NCBI GenBank assembly: GCA_965203125.1
Contig: CBDBBL010000013.1
Span: 18,383 to 82,382, forward strand
DNA from: Gammaproteobacteria bacterium
GTDB lineage: Bacteria > Pseudomonadota > Gammaproteobacteria > CBDBBL01
Direction of reading: 5' to 3'
DNA length: 64,000 nt
The notes beneath the pieces were generated by a model. It did no database searches and had not been told where the DNA came from. It worked only from the letters and a program-made list of their open reading frames with translations. Of the stretch, positions 22,505 through 34,999 are shown piece by piece (positions within the stretch are counted from its first letter, which is position 1; each line of letters opens with the position of its first letter). The translations under genes were made by a program, and so were the position numbers.

Positions 22505-23270
22505 TGCACTTATATCCTACATGTAACGCAACGACACCACCGGTTAGATTATGATAATCACAGCGCACAAAACCCGCTGTTTCCATCATCGTTTTTAACG
22601 TTTCTTGATCGGGGTGCATCTGTATCGATTCTACCAGATACTGGTAGCTGTCCTCATCATGAGTAATTAACTTTCCCAGTTTAGGTATGATATTAAAAGA
22701 GTAAGCATGATAAACTTTATTGAGTAGTGAATTTTTGGGCTTAGAAAACTCAAGCACAAGCAGACGTCCACCAGGCTTTAGCACTCGACACATTTCATTT
22801 AAAGCCTGTTGTTTATCAGTCACATTACGCAAGCCAAAAGAAATGGTCACACAATCAAATACTTGATCAGCAAAAGGTAATTGTTCAGCATTAATAAGCG
22901 CATAGTGAATATTAGTACATCCAGCATCAATCAGGCGATCACGCCCAACTGCTAACATCGATGCATTAATATCTGATGCCACAATCAACCCTGAATCACC
23001 CACTATAGGTGATAATTTTTTGGCAATATCCCCAGATCCTGTCGCCAAATCTAATACAGTCTGCCCTGATTGAACACCACTTTTTTCTAATAAAAAACGC
23101 TTCCACAAACGATGTACGCCAGCTGACATCACATCATTCATCACATCATATCGGCTCGCAACTGAGTGGAAAACTTCAGCTACTTTTTCGGCCTTCTCTT
23201 CACGTTCAACACGTCGATAACCGAAGTCTGTTGTACCATCAGAAGCGTTTCTTTTATCAGCTTCATTCAT
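22497..23270 (-). CDS. ubiE: ubiquinone/menaquinone C-methyltransferase
   Basis: [41 protein letters not shown]. Confidence 0.97.
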   Translation of the reverse strand: MNEADKRNASDGTTDFGYRRVEREEKAEKVAEVFHSVASRYDVMNDVMSAGVHRLWKRFLLEKSGVQSGQTVLDLATGSGDIAKKLSPIVGDSGLIVASDINASMLAVGRDRLIDAGCTNIHYALINAEQLPFADQVFDCVTISFGLRNVTDKQQALNEMCRVLKPGGRLLVLEFSKPKNSLLNKVYHAYSFNIIPKLGKLITHDEDSYQYLVESIQMHPDQETLKTMMETAGFVRCDYHNLTGGVVALHVGYKCND

Positions 23271-24553
23271 GGTTGTGGGTACTGTGCAACACAGTTAGTT
23301 TCTTTAATGAAAAAAAGGCTCATCACAACAGTCAACAAAGCACTTAGTGGTAAAATTACTAGAGCAAAATGATAATCTGATACTGCATAAATTGGCGCAT
23401 TCCCAATTCGCTGACCACTCCAATGTTGATTCAATAAGAATCCAACTAATGGTGATAATAAAACACCTCCAGCAACCACAGCCATATTGTTAAACCCAAA
23501 TGCAGTGCCATGTGTTCTTGGCAACATAATATCTTTCACCAACCCAAAACAGATCATTTGTCCACAAGAAGAAACACCCAATAAAAATAGTAACAGTACC
23601 ATCTGATACATCGATAAGTGTGGCAAGTATACAATCGCTAAAGTTGATAGCAAACTCAACCCCGCAGCCAACTGCAATGGCAACCTGCGTTGCCCAATAT
23701 AATCCGACCACCACCCAACCAGTGGGCTAGCAAACGCAACCCCTATCCATAAAAAGGCTACCATACTTGCTGAGCGTGTCACACTCAAATGAAAGTCAAC
23801 TTTTAGAAAACTAATTCCCCACACTGAACCAAATAAAGTAATCGGCGCCCAAATGCCAAAAGCATATAATGCAATCATCCACATTTGTCGATGCTTGATC
23901 ACTAAACTCAAACGCCCCAACTCACTTTTTCGAATTTGCTTTACTGTATAAAAACGCGCTTTCTTTGGAGAATCCTGTAACAACAAACAGTACAAAACAA
24001 ACAAAAGAACACCCACTGAAGCAGAATACACTAATGTCATTCTCCATCCCAAATGACCGACCAGGATCGCCATTGGGTGTTCTCCGCAAATTGCACCCAT
24101 ACATCCGAGCAACTGTACAATCCCTGCAATCATGACAAATCGTCGCGAGCTAAACCAACGAGAAGCCAACAAAAGTGTTCCAGGAAAAGCAAACGCAGCG
24201 GCAACTCCAATCGCAACACGTGTCACCCCCGCAAGCATCAAGCTTGTCGTATAAGCAAAAATCAGTGTACTAAAGGAACAAATAAGGACTGAAACAATCA
24301 ATAACTTTCTTGCTCCAAAACGATCAAGCAATAACCCAGCAGGAATTTGCATACTGGCATAACCATAGAAAAATAACGAAGCCAGCATGCCAAACCCTGT
24401 TGAGTCTGTATGAAAACTAGCCATCAGCTGCTGCATCATTGCACTAGGTGCCACACGCAGTGCATATTCATAGAGATAAAAAAGTGCAGCCAAGAAGCAA
24501 ACGATGAAAGGAAGCGCTTTCTTAAAATTAGATTGAGTGCAGACTTTACTCAT
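23267..24553 (-). CDS. MFS transporter (Legionella Pht-like)
   Basis: 12-TM pattern, [30 protein letters not shown]. Confidence 0.9.
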   Translation of the reverse strand: MSKVCTQSNFKKALPFIVCFLAALFYLYEYALRVAPSAMMQQLMASFHTDSTGFGMLASLFFYGYASMQIPAGLLLDRFGARKLLIVSVLICSFSTLIFAYTTSLMLAGVTRVAIGVAAAFAFPGTLLLASRWFSSRRFVMIAGIVQLLGCMGAICGEHPMAILVGHLGWRMTLVYSASVGVLLFVLYCLLLQDSPKKARFYTVKQIRKSELGRLSLVIKHRQMWMIALYAFGIWAPITLFGSVWGISFLKVDFHLSVTRSASMVAFLWIGVAFASPLVGWWSDYIGQRRLPLQLAAGLSLLSTLAIVYLPHLSMYQMVLLLFLLGVSSCGQMICFGLVKDIMLPRTHGTAFGFNNMAVVAGGVLLSPLVGFLLNQHWSGQRIGNAPIYAVSDYHFALVILPLSALLTVVMSLFFIKETNCVAQYPQP

Positions 24554-24581
24554 AAATTTCCATTATAACTGGGGTGGCGAT

Positions 24582-24745
24582 TATATCCATCGCAATTGAA
24601 GATTCCGTTTTTTAACTTCATACTTTTGGCGTCATTGACTTAAAAAACCTTCTTCATAGGCTGGCTATGGCTCAGATTTTTAAAGTCAATGCCACTCAAA
24701 ATCATTTTGTTAAAAAAATCGGAATCTTCAATTGCGATGGATATA
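24582..24745. repeat. ERIC-like palindromic miniature element, copy E3 (164 bp, reverse orientation)
   Basis: 26-bp perfect arms TATATCCATCGCAATTGAAGATTCCG / CGGAATCTTCAATTGCGATGGATATA; centre on minus strand GAGCCATAGC-CAG-CCTATGAAGAAGG. Confidence 0.9.
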
Positions 24746-24772
24746 CTACTTAAAAAGTGATAAAAAGTCGAC

Positions 24773-24962
24773 TATACCCATCGCCTTTCAAGACGCCAGA
24801 GTTTTAATAAAATGAATTTTAGTAAAATTAGATTTGAAAAATCTAGCCCTAGTCATATTCTGGGTGAGCTATTGCGAAAGTTTTTACCCTGCATATTATT
24901 CATAGGCAATTTTGCAAAACTCATGAAGTTAAAACTCGGTTTCTTGAATGGTGATGGGTATA
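24773..24962. repeat. ERIC-like palindromic miniature element, copy E4 (190 bp, internal expansion)
   Basis: TATACCCATCGCCTTTCAAGA ... TCTTGAATGGTGATGGGTATA; internal GCTATTGCGAAAGTTTTT. Confidence 0.85.
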
Positions 24963-25456
24963 TGAAAGATCAAACTGAATGGAAACCAGCAACACAGCAA
25001 CAGCGTCATCTACCCAAGAACACACAGTGGTGGCTCTCTACAGGCTCAATGAGTCTGCACTTAAAAACGCTTGGAAAGCTATCCATTCAACGTCATGATG
25101 AAGCAGTCATTCAAGCAACTGGTGAAATTGCACAAACCCTTAAATGTAAAGTCAATGCACCTGTTTGGAAGCGAACGACAACACTATCTGTCAATAATAC
25201 TCCAAAGGTAGCAGCAACCAGCTGGCTCTTACTAAGTAAAAAAAACAATCAAGAAAGCACCATACAACAACTAGGCGATACCCCCTTAGGAAGCATTTTA
25301 TTTCACCCCAATAGCACCATCAAAAGAACCCCTTTAAAGTTCAAATATGCACTGCATTTGCATCCTATCCTATCAAGTGATTCAAAGCGTTGGGCAAGAC
25401 GTTCTTTATTCTTAGACAAAGATCTCACTTTATTACTTGAGGAGATATTTTTATGA
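24962..25456 (+). CDS. ubiC: chorismate--pyruvate lyase
   Basis: WL..GSM...L, LGDTPLGSILF, WARRSLF, LLLEEIFL; overlaps ubiA; ORF-track extension from 24812 is repeat sequence. Confidence 0.8.
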   Translation: MKDQTEWKPATQQQRHLPKNTQWWLSTGSMSLHLKTLGKLSIQRHDEAVIQATGEIAQTLKCKVNAPVWKRTTTLSVNNTPKVAATSWLLLSKKNNQESTIQQLGDTPLGSILFHPNSTIKRTPLKFKYALHLHPILSSDSKRWARRSLFLDKDLTLLLEEIFL

Positions 25457-26301
25457 ATCCTTACTTACGCCTAATGCGATTTGATCGCCCCATTGGTATT
25501 TGGCTACTACTCTGGCCAACCTTATGGGCATTATGGCTTGCATCTGGCGGGGTACCAGCATTTCATTTATTGATGATTTTCATCAGCGGCACCATCATCA
25601 TGCGTGCAGCAGGCTGTATTATCAACGATATTGCTGATCGCAATATTGACCCACTGGTAAAGCGTACTTGTAACCGCCCACTCGCAACCAAAGAAATTTC
25701 TGTAAAAAAGGCGGTAATCTTGCTCATTATATTGGCAAGTGTCGCATTGTGGCTGGTATGGCAACTTAACCCACTCACTCGATTGCTCAGTATCGTTGGC
25801 TGTTTGCTAACGCTAATTTATCCATTTATGAAGCGCATTATTCCCACCCCACAGTTTGTATTAGGTATTGCCTTCTCATGGTCAGTTCCTATGGCATATG
25901 CTGCAATATTAAACAACATTCCTCACACTGCATGGTTAGTTTTCGCTGCAGCCGCTTTATGGAACATCATTTATGATACCTGTTATGCAATGAGTGATCG
26001 CGCTGAGGATCTAAAAATAGGCATCTACTCTTTCGCTATATTCCTAGGAAAATCAGATCGTTTGATCATTGGCTTACTACAATTAATACTATTGACGTTA
26101 CTCTATCAAATCGGAACCCAATACCAGTTGCATCACATTTACTTTATAACCATCATCATGACTGCTGGACTGATGATCTATCACCAATATTTAATTCGCA
26201 ACAGAGCAACGACCGACTGTTTCCAAGCTTTTCTTCATAACAGGTGGATTGGTCTTTGTATTTGGGTTGGCATTGTTCTGTCCCACTACATAAGGTTCTA
26301 A
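25453..26301 (+). CDS. ubiA: 4-hydroxybenzoate polyprenyltransferase
   Basis: RFDRPIGIWLLLWP, AGCIINDIADRNID..V.RT..RPL, YDTCYAMSD..ED. Confidence 0.96.
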   Translation: MNPYLRLMRFDRPIGIWLLLWPTLWALWLASGGVPAFHLLMIFISGTIIMRAAGCIINDIADRNIDPLVKRTCNRPLATKEISVKKAVILLIILASVALWLVWQLNPLTRLLSIVGCLLTLIYPFMKRIIPTPQFVLGIAFSWSVPMAYAAILNNIPHTAWLVFAAAALWNIIYDTCYAMSDRAEDLKIGIYSFAIFLGKSDRLIIGLLQLILLTLLYQIGTQYQLHHIYFITIIMTAGLMIYHQYLIRNRATTDCFQAFLHNRWIGLCIWVGIVLSHYIRF

Positions 26302-26303
26302 AC

Positions 26304-27257
26304 TCACTGGGGATTATATACCGATATTAAGGCATTAACTTTTTGCCACATTGACACTCCTTTTAAGCGTCGCCCACCAGCAAATTGTATTTCCAACAAC
26401 TCAATCATACCGTTTGATGCACAAACCAACACCTCACCAGTATCCGCACAAATCACTTCTCCACATTGACCTTGCGATGTCATGCTGTACTGCCTTCCTT
26501 CAAACACACGGATACGCTCACCCCTCCAATCAAAAAAAGCCACAGGGTATGGATTAAATGCACGAATCTGTCGCAGCATCAATTCGATAGGTTGATGCCA
26601 GTCCAGTTGTGCTTCTTGCTTGACCAGCTTTTGCGCGTAAGTTGCATTTTGATCATCTTGTGGGGTACGCGTTATTTTCTGCGCAGATAAAGCTTTCAAC
26701 GCATTCAGCACCGCCTTTGCTCCACACAAGGCCAAACGATCATGCAATATCTGAGCACTATCATTTTCATGAATCTCACAGGGGTGAATAGAACAAATAT
26801 CTCCTGTATCTAGCCCCTGATCCATCTGCATAATCGTAATCCCAGTCTCTCGATCTCCTGCCAAAATGGCACGCTGGATAGGTGCGGCTCCACGCCACCT
26901 AGGTAGTAGAGAAGCATGGATATTAATACACCCCAATTTAGGTGTATCCAATACTATTTGGGGTAGAATTAATCCATAAGCTGCCACAATCATCAAATCT
27001 GCTTGATGAGAAGCAAGTGTTTTCTGCACCACCTCATCTTTCAATGATATTGGCTGATAAACAGGCAGTTGGTGCTGTTGAGCTAACTGCTTTACTGCAC
27101 TTGCTGTTAAGCGACGACCACGACCAGCTGGACGATCAGGTTGGGTATAAACAGCAACGATCTGGTACTGTCCTTGTTGATACGCCTTAGAATCAAGCAC
27201 TGCCGCCAAAGCAACTTTAGCAAACTCAGGAGTACCTGCAAAAATAATCTTCATCAT
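26304..27257 (-). CDS. fmt: methionyl-tRNA formyltransferase
   Basis: IFAGTPEFA, YTQPDRPAGRG, NIHASLLPRWRGAAPIQRA, MDQGLDTG. Confidence 0.96.
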   Translation of the reverse strand: MMKIIFAGTPEFAKVALAAVLDSKAYQQGQYQIVAVYTQPDRPAGRGRRLTASAVKQLAQQHQLPVYQPISLKDEVVQKTLASHQADLMIVAAYGLILPQIVLDTPKLGCINIHASLLPRWRGAAPIQRAILAGDRETGITIMQMDQGLDTGDICSIHPCEIHENDSAQILHDRLALCGAKAVLNALKALSAQKITRTPQDDQNATYAQKLVKQEAQLDWHQPIELMLRQIRAFNPYPVAFFDWRGERIRVFEGRQYSMTSQGQCGEVICADTGEVLVCASNGMIELLEIQFAGGRRLKGVSMWQKVNALISVYNPQ

Positions 27258-27772
27258 TTGTTTTTGATACGATCTTGGTGCCACTTCTTGATTTTTTGCT
27301 CAGCACGTGTCCGTTTGAGTTTTGACAAATGATCCAAGAATACAACACCATTAAGATGATCCACTTCATGCTGAATCACCTTAGCCAAAAAACCATCTTG
27401 CTCAAAATCTAACACATTTCCATGGCGATCCTGCGCTTTTACTGTAATTGCCTCTGCACGCTTCACTTTTTCATAAATACCCGCAGGAACTGACAGGCAT
27501 CCCTCTTCTGTATAAGTTGTTTCTGTTGATTGTTGTGTGATCTCAGGATTGACTAAAATCAGCGGATTATCAGGATCTTCATCACCAATCACAGTAATTC
27601 GAAAAGGGATGTCCACCTGCACCGCAGCTAATCCAGCACAATTTTTTGTTTCTCGTACAGTCTCTAACAAATCATCAATCATTGACTGTGTTTGCTCGCC
27701 AAAGTCAACCACAGGAGCAGCGGCAACTGTTAGCTTGGTATTCGGATATAATAAAATAGGTAACACAGCCAT
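27254..27772 (-). CDS. def: peptide deformylase
   Basis: GLAAVQ, EGCLSVP, QHEVDHLNG. Confidence 0.96.
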   Translation of the reverse strand: MAVLPILLYPNTKLTVAAAPVVDFGEQTQSMIDDLLETVRETKNCAGLAAVQVDIPFRITVIGDEDPDNPLILVNPEITQQSTETTYTEEGCLSVPAGIYEKVKRAEAITVKAQDRHGNVLDFEQDGFLAKVIQHEVDHLNGVVFLDHLSKLKRTRAEQKIKKWHQDRIKNK

Positions 27773-27775
27773 AAA

Positions 27776-28225
27776 CTAACCTTCATCCTCTTTTAAGCGC
27801 ACAGCAAGCACATCACACTCGGCGCCATGTAACACACCATTTGCCGTCGAACCCAACACCAGTTGTAATCCATGGCGCCCATGACTGCCGAGAATAATTA
27901 AGTCGGCATCATGCTTTTTCGCCTCATCCAGAATAACCACTTTCGCAGGACCTGATTTAATGATTTGATGCGCTCGATCAGCACCAATATGTTTTGCAAC
28001 CTCTGCTAACTGCTGTTTCGCCGAATCAATCATGTTAGTTTCAATATCCATACCAATGCTAACACCATAACTTACACCGTATGTGCTGAGATACTCCACT
28101 GCATGCACCAAAAACAACTCGGCACCTTGATTGTTCTCAAGCACTTTCTTCGCTTTAGCAATCACTTGTTCATCACTATCATCAATAAGCTCAACAGCAA
28201 CAATAATTTTTTTATATTCACTCAT
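27776..28225 (-). CDS. universal stress protein (UspA family)
   Basis: YKKIIVAV, DLIILGSHGRHG..LLGSTA..VL..A.CDVLAVR. Confidence 0.92.
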   Translation of the reverse strand: MSEYKKIIVAVELIDDSDEQVIAKAKKVLENNQGAELFLVHAVEYLSTYGVSYGVSIGMDIETNMIDSAKQQLAEVAKHIGADRAHQIIKSGPAKVVILDEAKKHDADLIILGSHGRHGLQLVLGSTANGVLHGAECDVLAVRLKEDEG

Positions 28226-28285
28226 GAGTATCTCCTTGGTATGATTCATAGAATTCATATACTAATTATAGATTAAATCCTTCCA

Positions 28286-29212
28286 ATGACACAACCATTG
28301 CAATCAAATGAGATCAGCCCGCTTAAAACACGCCTGCATCCTAAATATTGGGGCGCATGGATTGCAACTGGGTGTCTTTATTTAATCAGTCAGCTCCCTC
28401 AGCATTGGCAGTTTAAAATCGGTGACGGTATCGGTCTTATCATGAAAAAAGTGCTGCCAAAACGCCGATATATTTGTGATCGGAATATCACCACCTGCTT
28501 CCCACAATTGACGCCGACACAACAACAGCAATTAACCACCGACACCTTCAAATCGGTTGGCCGAGGTATTGTTGAATTTGCAATGTCTTGCTGGTTCTCA
28601 CCACAACGATTAGCACAATTACTCACCATTGAAGGCGAAGGATATCTTGCTCAGGCACAAAATAACAAACAAGGGGTATTACTTTTAGGAGCACACCATC
28701 TTAGCGCTGAAATTGTCGGACGAGCACTGGGGGTATCACACCCTATCCACGCTGTTTATAGAGAACAGAACAATCTTGTTTTTGATGCCTTAATTAAACA
28801 AAAAAGAGCACGAACAGGCGCAGGAATCATTCATCGTTATGACATACGCAGCATCATCAAAGCACTTAGGAAACTCCAAATTGTCTGGTATGCTGCAGAT
28901 CAAGATTACGGTGCAGAGCATAGTATCTTTGCGCCTTTCTTTTCACAGCCTGCCGCAACCATTACCGCTTGGCGACGTTTAGCTAAACAAACCGATGCGA
29001 TCATCTTATGTGCAAATCATCATCGCCAACCCAATGGACACTATATCCTCAAGCTAACTCCTTTGGTGCTTACCGACAACGAGCTTAATGATGCCACTGC
29101 TTTTAATCGACAATTAGAGTTGTCGATTAAGCAACATCCCGAGCAATATTTATGGCTACATCGGCGTTTTAAAACGACCCCAAATTCAGAGCAATCGATT
29201 TATGAAATATGA
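28286..29212 (+). CDS. lpxL: lipid A late acyltransferase (LpxL/LpxP family)
   Basis: LHPKYW, H....E (HHLSAE), [29 protein letters not shown]. Confidence 0.88.
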   Translation: MTQPLQSNEISPLKTRLHPKYWGAWIATGCLYLISQLPQHWQFKIGDGIGLIMKKVLPKRRYICDRNITTCFPQLTPTQQQQLTTDTFKSVGRGIVEFAMSCWFSPQRLAQLLTIEGEGYLAQAQNNKQGVLLLGAHHLSAEIVGRALGVSHPIHAVYREQNNLVFDALIKQKRARTGAGIIHRYDIRSIIKALRKLQIVWYAADQDYGAEHSIFAPFFSQPAATITAWRRLAKQTDAIILCANHHRQPNGHYILKLTPLVLTDNELNDATAFNRQLELSIKQHPEQYLWLHRRFKTTPNSEQSIYEI

Positions 29213-31882
29213 CCTAATCCTTGTTGATGGCTCCAGCTATCTTTATCGTGCTTTTCACGCTATGCCATCACTGAGGAACCATCATGGTCAACCCACAGGT
29301 GCTATTTACGGGGTGATCAATATGGTTAAAAAACTCCAGAGAGGACTACCCAAACACCAACATTGTGATGATATTTGATGCCAAAGGAAAAACCTTTCGT
29401 GACGACTTATACGCCGATTACAAAGCACATCGCCCAAGTATGCCAGAAGAATTACGCCAACAAATCGAACCTATCAACCAAATAATCACCGCAATGGGAT
29501 TACCGCTATTACGGATTGAAGGTGTTGAAGCTGATGATGTCATTGCCACACTTGCATGTGCCGCCAAAGACGGCGGTCAACATACTTTAATTTCAACCGG
29601 TGATAAAGATTTAGCACAACTGGTTTGTTCTCATATCACCTTAATTAACACCATGACAGATACATTATTGAATGAAGATGCTGTCGTCGAAAAATTTGGT
29701 GTACGCCCCGATCAAATCGTCGATTATTTGACGCTGCTAGGTGATAGTGCCGACAATATCCCAGGAGTCCCTAAGGTTGGTAAAAAAACAGCAGAAAAAT
29801 GGTTGCAACAATATCAATCATTAGATGAGCTGCTCAAGCACAGTGATCAAGTCAAAGGAAAAGTGGGTGAGAATTTACGTGAACACCAACAGCAGCTCCC
29901 TTTTTTTCGCCAATTAATAGAAGTTAAAAAAGAGGTCGATGGGGTCTCTTTAACACAACTGATACCATCACCGATCGATGCAGCCGCATTGCTCGAACAT
30001 TACCAACATTTTGAGTTCAAAACTTGGGCAAGTGAACTGATGAACTCCTCAGAACCAGTCACTACAACACGCACAAAAGACTACCAAACAATCACCACGC
30101 TTGGTGAATTAAACAACCTCATCGATCAACTGATGCAAGCCGATGTGTTTGCCTTTGATACCGAAACCACCAGTCTTTGTGTTCAAGATGCACAGTTAGT
30201 TGGCATCTCTTTCTCCCTACAAGCCAATCAAGCTTACTATATTCCATTTTCTCACGATTACCTTGGAGCACCTGAGCAACTTGATCTGGCAACCGTGTTG
30301 GCCCGTTTAAGTCCTGTATTCACTAACACCAAAATCATTAAAGTTGCCCAAAATTTAAAGTATGATTTAAGCATCCTCGCAAGCTACGACATCACCCTTG
30401 CCGAACCGTTGCAAGATACCATGCTGATGTCTTATACCCTCAACAGTACAACCAATAGACATGACCTCGATACACTTGCACTCAAGTATCTTGATATTAA
30501 ACCCGTTTCATTCGAAACGATCGCAGGCAAAGGCAAATCACAATTGACCTTTAATCAAGTTGCCCTCGATATCGCCACTGACTATGCAGCAGAAGATGCT
30601 GACATTACCCTGCAACTATATCATCTATTCACTGAGAAACTATCCGCAACACCGCAAATACTTAACGTCTTAAACACTCTGGATATTCCACTGGTTAAAC
30701 TATTATCACAAATGGAACGTCATGGGGTACTCATTAATCAACAAAAATTACTGCAACAAAGCGGACAACTTGCCAAGCGCTTAACACAACTAGAAGAAGA
30801 GGCCTATATCCTTGCAGACGAACATTTTAACCTAGCATCACCCAAACAATTACAGCATATTTTATTTGAAAAACAACAGCTTCCTATCCAGCAAAAAACA
30901 CCCAAAGGACAACCTTCAACAGCGGAGCATGTCTTACAAGCACTGGCTTTTGATTACCCACTACCCAAGCTTATTCTAGAACATCGTTCATTGAGCAAAC
31001 TAAAATCAACCTATACAGATAAACTACCTCAGCAAGTTCACGCCACCACTGGTCGAGTTCACACCTCTTACAATCAAGCGGTCACTACAACAGGGCGCCC
31101 TGTCTTCATCAAATCCTAATCTACAAAACATTCCGATCAAAACTGCAGCAGGACGACAAATCCGTCAAGCATTTATCGCGCCTGAAGGCTACCAGCTACT
31201 CGCTGCAGATTACTCTCAAGTTGAATTGCGTATCATGGCTCACTTATCACAAGATAACGGATTATTAACGGCCTTTAAAAACGGTGATGATATTCACCGC
31301 GCCACCGCAGCAGAAGTATTTTCTGTACAACCAGTCGATATCACCACAGAACAACGTCGGCATGCCAAAGCCATTAATTTCGGTTTGATGTATGGCATGA
31401 GTGCTTTTGGTCTAGCCAAGCAATTAGAAACAGATCGAAAAACTGCACAAAGCTATATTGACTTATATTTTTCGCGCTATCCAGCGGTCGCAGATTATAT
31501 GGAACAAATGAAACAATTTGCCCATCAACACGGCTTCGTCGAAACCCACTTTGGCCGTAGACTCTACCTTCCTGAAATCAACAGCCCCAATAAGATGCGC
31601 CAACAAGCGGCAGAACGTGCTGCTATCAATGCCCCCATGCAAGGTACCGCAGCTGATTTAATCAAACGTGCCATGATTGATGTCAACCAAGCTATTATAA
31701 CCAGTCAACTAGACATCACGATGACGATGCAAGTCCATGATGAACTGGTATTCGAAATCGCCAACACAAACATAGACCCAGCCAAGACCTTGATTACACG
31801 AGCAATGATCAACGCAAGTGATTTAGACGTGCCAATGCTGGTTGATGTAGGGGTGGGTGATAATTGGGATGAGGCTCATTGA
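29202..31882 (+). CDS. polA: DNA polymerase I (apparent extra bases near 29340 and 31099)
   Basis: [20 protein letters not shown] from 29202; FDTETT exonuclease motif; [14 protein letters not shown] restored by removing one C; [16 protein letters not shown]. Confidence 0.95.
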
Positions 31883-32307
31883 TCATGCAAATATTGCTCA
31901 ACAATTAATACCGCAGACTGAGAGTCAATTGCCTTCTTCTTCAAGGCCTTGTAACCTTTCCTCTCAAACAACTCACTCTTAGCACTTTGTGTCGTTAAAC
32001 GTTCATCTACCTCTGCAACCGGTAACGCGCTATGGTGTTTCAAACGTTTTGCAAATTTTTTAGCACAAAGCGTTAAATGAGGAATATCACTACCATCCAT
32101 ATTAATCGGTATTCCAACCGCCAGTTCCTGTGGTCCCCATTGCTTAACCAACTGCAACAATTGCTCCCAATTTGGAATACCATCTTTAGCTTTCAAGGAC
32201 TGTAGCCCCTGTGCTTGCTGTGTAATTCCCGAGCCAACTGCAACACCAATATGTTTCATCCCAAAATCAAACCCAAGAATAGTTCCTACGTCTGTCACAT
32301 TAAGCAA
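31876..32307 (-). CDS. ruvX: YqgF/RuvX family pre-16S rRNA nuclease
   Basis: [31 protein letters not shown]. Confidence 0.92.
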   Translation of the reverse strand: MLNVTDVGTILGFDFGMKHIGVAVGSGITQQAQGLQSLKAKDGIPNWEQLLQLVKQWGPQELAVGIPINMDGSDIPHLTLCAKKFAKRLKHHSALPVAEVDERLTTQSAKSELFERKGYKALKKKAIDSQSAVLIVEQYLHDQ

Positions 32308-32884
32308 TTCCAGTAAGCGGGTGAAGGTATTTGGTACTATTCGTCAATTGCTTTAACCCTTGTTTCCAGCGATCTTCTACAGGTGTTTCAAATAGTAACG
32401 CTAAATCAGCAGGACAAACCAACCAATCATTACGCTTGATTTCTGCTTCCAGTTTTTTAACAGGCCACCCTGCGTAACCTAAAAACACTATACTGTCTTG
32501 CTGTGCTGGCACCGATAGTTTTTCTAGCTCTTCCTTATCTGATGATAGCTTAACCTGCGTTTCACTCGTTCTTGTTAAAATAAACCCTCTTTCATTAGCC
32601 ACGGGGCCACCTCTCATCACAGGCGGGTCAACATCCATCACTGTACGACTACGATAGGAAAAACCAAGATGTTTCATCAAACGTTTCAGACCAATATTCA
32701 TTGGCTTATTAATAATAAAGCCACAGGCTCCTTCTTTTTCATCATGCTCAGCCACATAAATAACGGTCCGGCGAAAATAACGATCCTTTAGGTGGGGTGC
32801 TGCCAACAAAAAGCAGTTTTCAAATTGAGTAATAATATGAGTCATAATAGACAACATTGTAGCAATAGACTTTGCTTTTTTCAC
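32300..32884 (-). CDS. yqgE: YqgE/AlgH family protein
   Basis: [12 protein letters not shown]...GA.GFIINKP, GGPV, LGYAGW...LE.E...N.W; true start probably a downstream Met. Confidence 0.9.
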   Translation of the reverse strand: MKKAKSIATMLSIMTHIITQFENCFLLAAPHLKDRYFRRTVIYVAEHDEKEGACGFIINKPMNIGLKRLMKHLGFSYRSRTVMDVDPPVMRGGPVANERGFILTRTSETQVKLSSDKEELEKLSVPAQQDSIVFLGYAGWPVKKLEAEIKRNDWLVCPADLALLFETPVEDRWKQGLKQLTNSTKYLHPLTGIA

Positions 32885-32931
32885 GGGTCATGTTACATTC
32901 TTTAATACTATGTTTTAGAGAGTAAACCCCC

Positions 32932-34497
32932 ATGTCATATCAAAGCCAACAATACATAGATTTAACACGTGATGAACTAATCACCGCCGCACTCGACCAC
33001 CATGAAGGCAAACTTGCAAACAACGGGGCTTTCTCCACTGAAACTGGCAAGCGCACTGGAAGATCACCCAAAGACCGTTATATCGTAAAGGATCACCTCA
33101 CTCAAAATACGGTTGAATGGGGAGCTGTTAATCAAGCGATGTCTGCTGTGTGTTTTGAAACGCTATGGCAAAACGCATCTAAGCAACTAAAAACAAAGTC
33201 TCAATTTGTTTCTCATCTCGCCGTTGGTGCAGACCCAAAACACCAGCTACGACTTAAGCTCACAACAGCAACAGCATGGCATAGTCTCTTTGCTAATAAC
33301 ATGTTCATTCGTGATGCCTACGACACTTCGCAGTGGTGTAAAAATAACGACTGGGAACTGCTTCATGATGACAGCCTAACACTCATACCCAACGAAACCA
33401 TTAATGGTGATACGATCAATGGTGATGGCGTTGTTGCTATCTGCTTTAGTCAACGACGTGTCTTATTTTGTGGCATGCGTTATGCAGGTGAAATCAAGAA
33501 ATCGATGTTTTCCGTGTTGAACTTTCTCTTAACCGATCGTGATGTCTTACCAATGCACTGTGCCGCTAATGTCGGAGAAAGCGGTGATGTTTCATTATTC
33601 TTTGGTCTATCGGGTACAGGGAAAACCACCTTGTCTGCAGATACTGAACGATTCCTCATTGGTGATGATGAACATGGCTGGAGTAGTCATGGAGTATTTA
33701 ACTTTGAGGGAGGATGTTATGCCAAGTGCATCGATCTATCACAAGAAAAAGAGCCTTTAATCTGGCAAGCAATTCGCCATGAAGCAATTCTTGAAAATGT
33801 CGTACTCGATGAAACTGGCAACCCTGATTACAAGGATGATCGCTTGACACAAAATTCACGCTGCTCTTACCCCTTAACACATATCAAAAAACGTGTTGCT
33901 GAAAATCGCGCTGGACACCCCAATGCAGTTATCTTCCTGACTTGTGATCTTTATGGTGTATTACCACCAGTTGCCATACTATCACCCGAGCAAGCTGCCT
34001 ATCATTTTCTCAGTGGCTATACAGCACTCGTTGGTAGTACAGAAATGGGTGGTAACAGTGGTGTTAAGCCAACTTTCAGCACCTGCTTTGGCGCACCATT
34101 TTTTGCACGCCCACCTGCAGTCTATGCAAATCTGCTAATGAAACGACTACAAGAAACTGGTGCGCAAGTTTATCTAGTCAATACAGGCTGGACAGGTGGC
34201 GCCTATGGTCAAGGTGGTACACGTTTTGACATCCCTGTCACTCGTACAGTGATTCATGCCATTCAGTCAGGGCAACTGTTAAATACAACGACACAAACCA
34301 TTTTAAACGGCTTTGATTTAGTCGTCCCGACAAAACTCGACGGTGTTGATAGTCAATTATTAAACCCTACATCAATTTGGAAAAACAATGAGGATTTCAA
34401 TACAGCACTAACAACATTACGCAACCAATTTGCTGACAACTTTAAACGGTTCGATGTCGATGACTCAATCAAACAAGCAGGACCACATCATGGCTGA
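32932..34497 (+). CDS. pckA: phosphoenolpyruvate carboxykinase (ATP)
   Basis: [45 protein letters not shown]. Confidence 0.97.
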   Translation: MSYQSQQYIDLTRDELITAALDHHEGKLANNGAFSTETGKRTGRSPKDRYIVKDHLTQNTVEWGAVNQAMSAVCFETLWQNASKQLKTKSQFVSHLAVGADPKHQLRLKLTTATAWHSLFANNMFIRDAYDTSQWCKNNDWELLHDDSLTLIPNETINGDTINGDGVVAICFSQRRVLFCGMRYAGEIKKSMFSVLNFLLTDRDVLPMHCAANVGESGDVSLFFGLSGTGKTTLSADTERFLIGDDEHGWSSHGVFNFEGGCYAKCIDLSQEKEPLIWQAIRHEAILENVVLDETGNPDYKDDRLTQNSRCSYPLTHIKKRVAENRAGHPNAVIFLTCDLYGVLPPVAILSPEQAAYHFLSGYTALVGSTEMGGNSGVKPTFSTCFGAPFFARPPAVYANLLMKRLQETGAQVYLVNTGWTGGAYGQGGTRFDIPVTRTVIHAIQSGQLLNTTTQTILNGFDLVVPTKLDGVDSQLLNPTSIWKNNEDFNTALTTLRNQFADNFKRFDVDDSIKQAGPHHG

Positions 34498-34852
34498 GGT
34501 TACAGTCTATGGAATTACCAACTGTGATCAAGTTAAAAAGGCGAAAACGTGGCTCACTACTCATGAAATCAGCTACCAACTTCATGATTTTCATCGTGAA
34601 GGCGTCTGTGCTGAATTAATCACTTCATGGCTTAAGCACATCGATCTTCCGCAGTTATTAAACAAAAAAAGTACCACATGGCGCGGACTATCTGAACAAG
34701 AAAAGTTATTATCAGAATCAGCTGATTTAATTGCATTAATGATCAAATATCCAACCTTGATAAAACGCCCTGTGCTATGCATTAAAGATACCATACTAGT
34801 AGGATACCAACCTGATCGTTACGGAGAAATCATGGATACCCAAACCACTTGA
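34490..34852 (+). CDS. ArsC/Spx/YffB family protein
   Basis: [33 protein letters not shown]. Confidence 0.9.
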   Translation: MAEVTVYGITNCDQVKKAKTWLTTHEISYQLHDFHREGVCAELITSWLKHIDLPQLLNKKSTTWRGLSEQEKLLSESADLIALMIKYPTLIKRPVLCIKDTILVGYQPDRYGEIMDTQTT

Positions 34853-34998
34853 AGATGTCGAGGTTTTAACATAATGAGCTTGAACAGAATCAGATTTACA
34901 AGATTGAGCAATAGCACCGCTATTGGGAAAGCTTTTAGATTTGCATTCTGCCAAGCTCATGCCGTTAAAATCCGGCGTCCTCGGGTGGTTTGAGTATA
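34835..34998. repeat. ERIC-like palindromic miniature element, copy E5 (164 bp)
   Basis: GATACCCAAACCACTTGAAGATGTCG ... CGGCGTCCTCGGGTGGTTTGAGTATA; centre GAGCAATAGC-ACC-GCTATTGGGA. Confidence 0.88.
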
Positions 34999-34999
34999 G

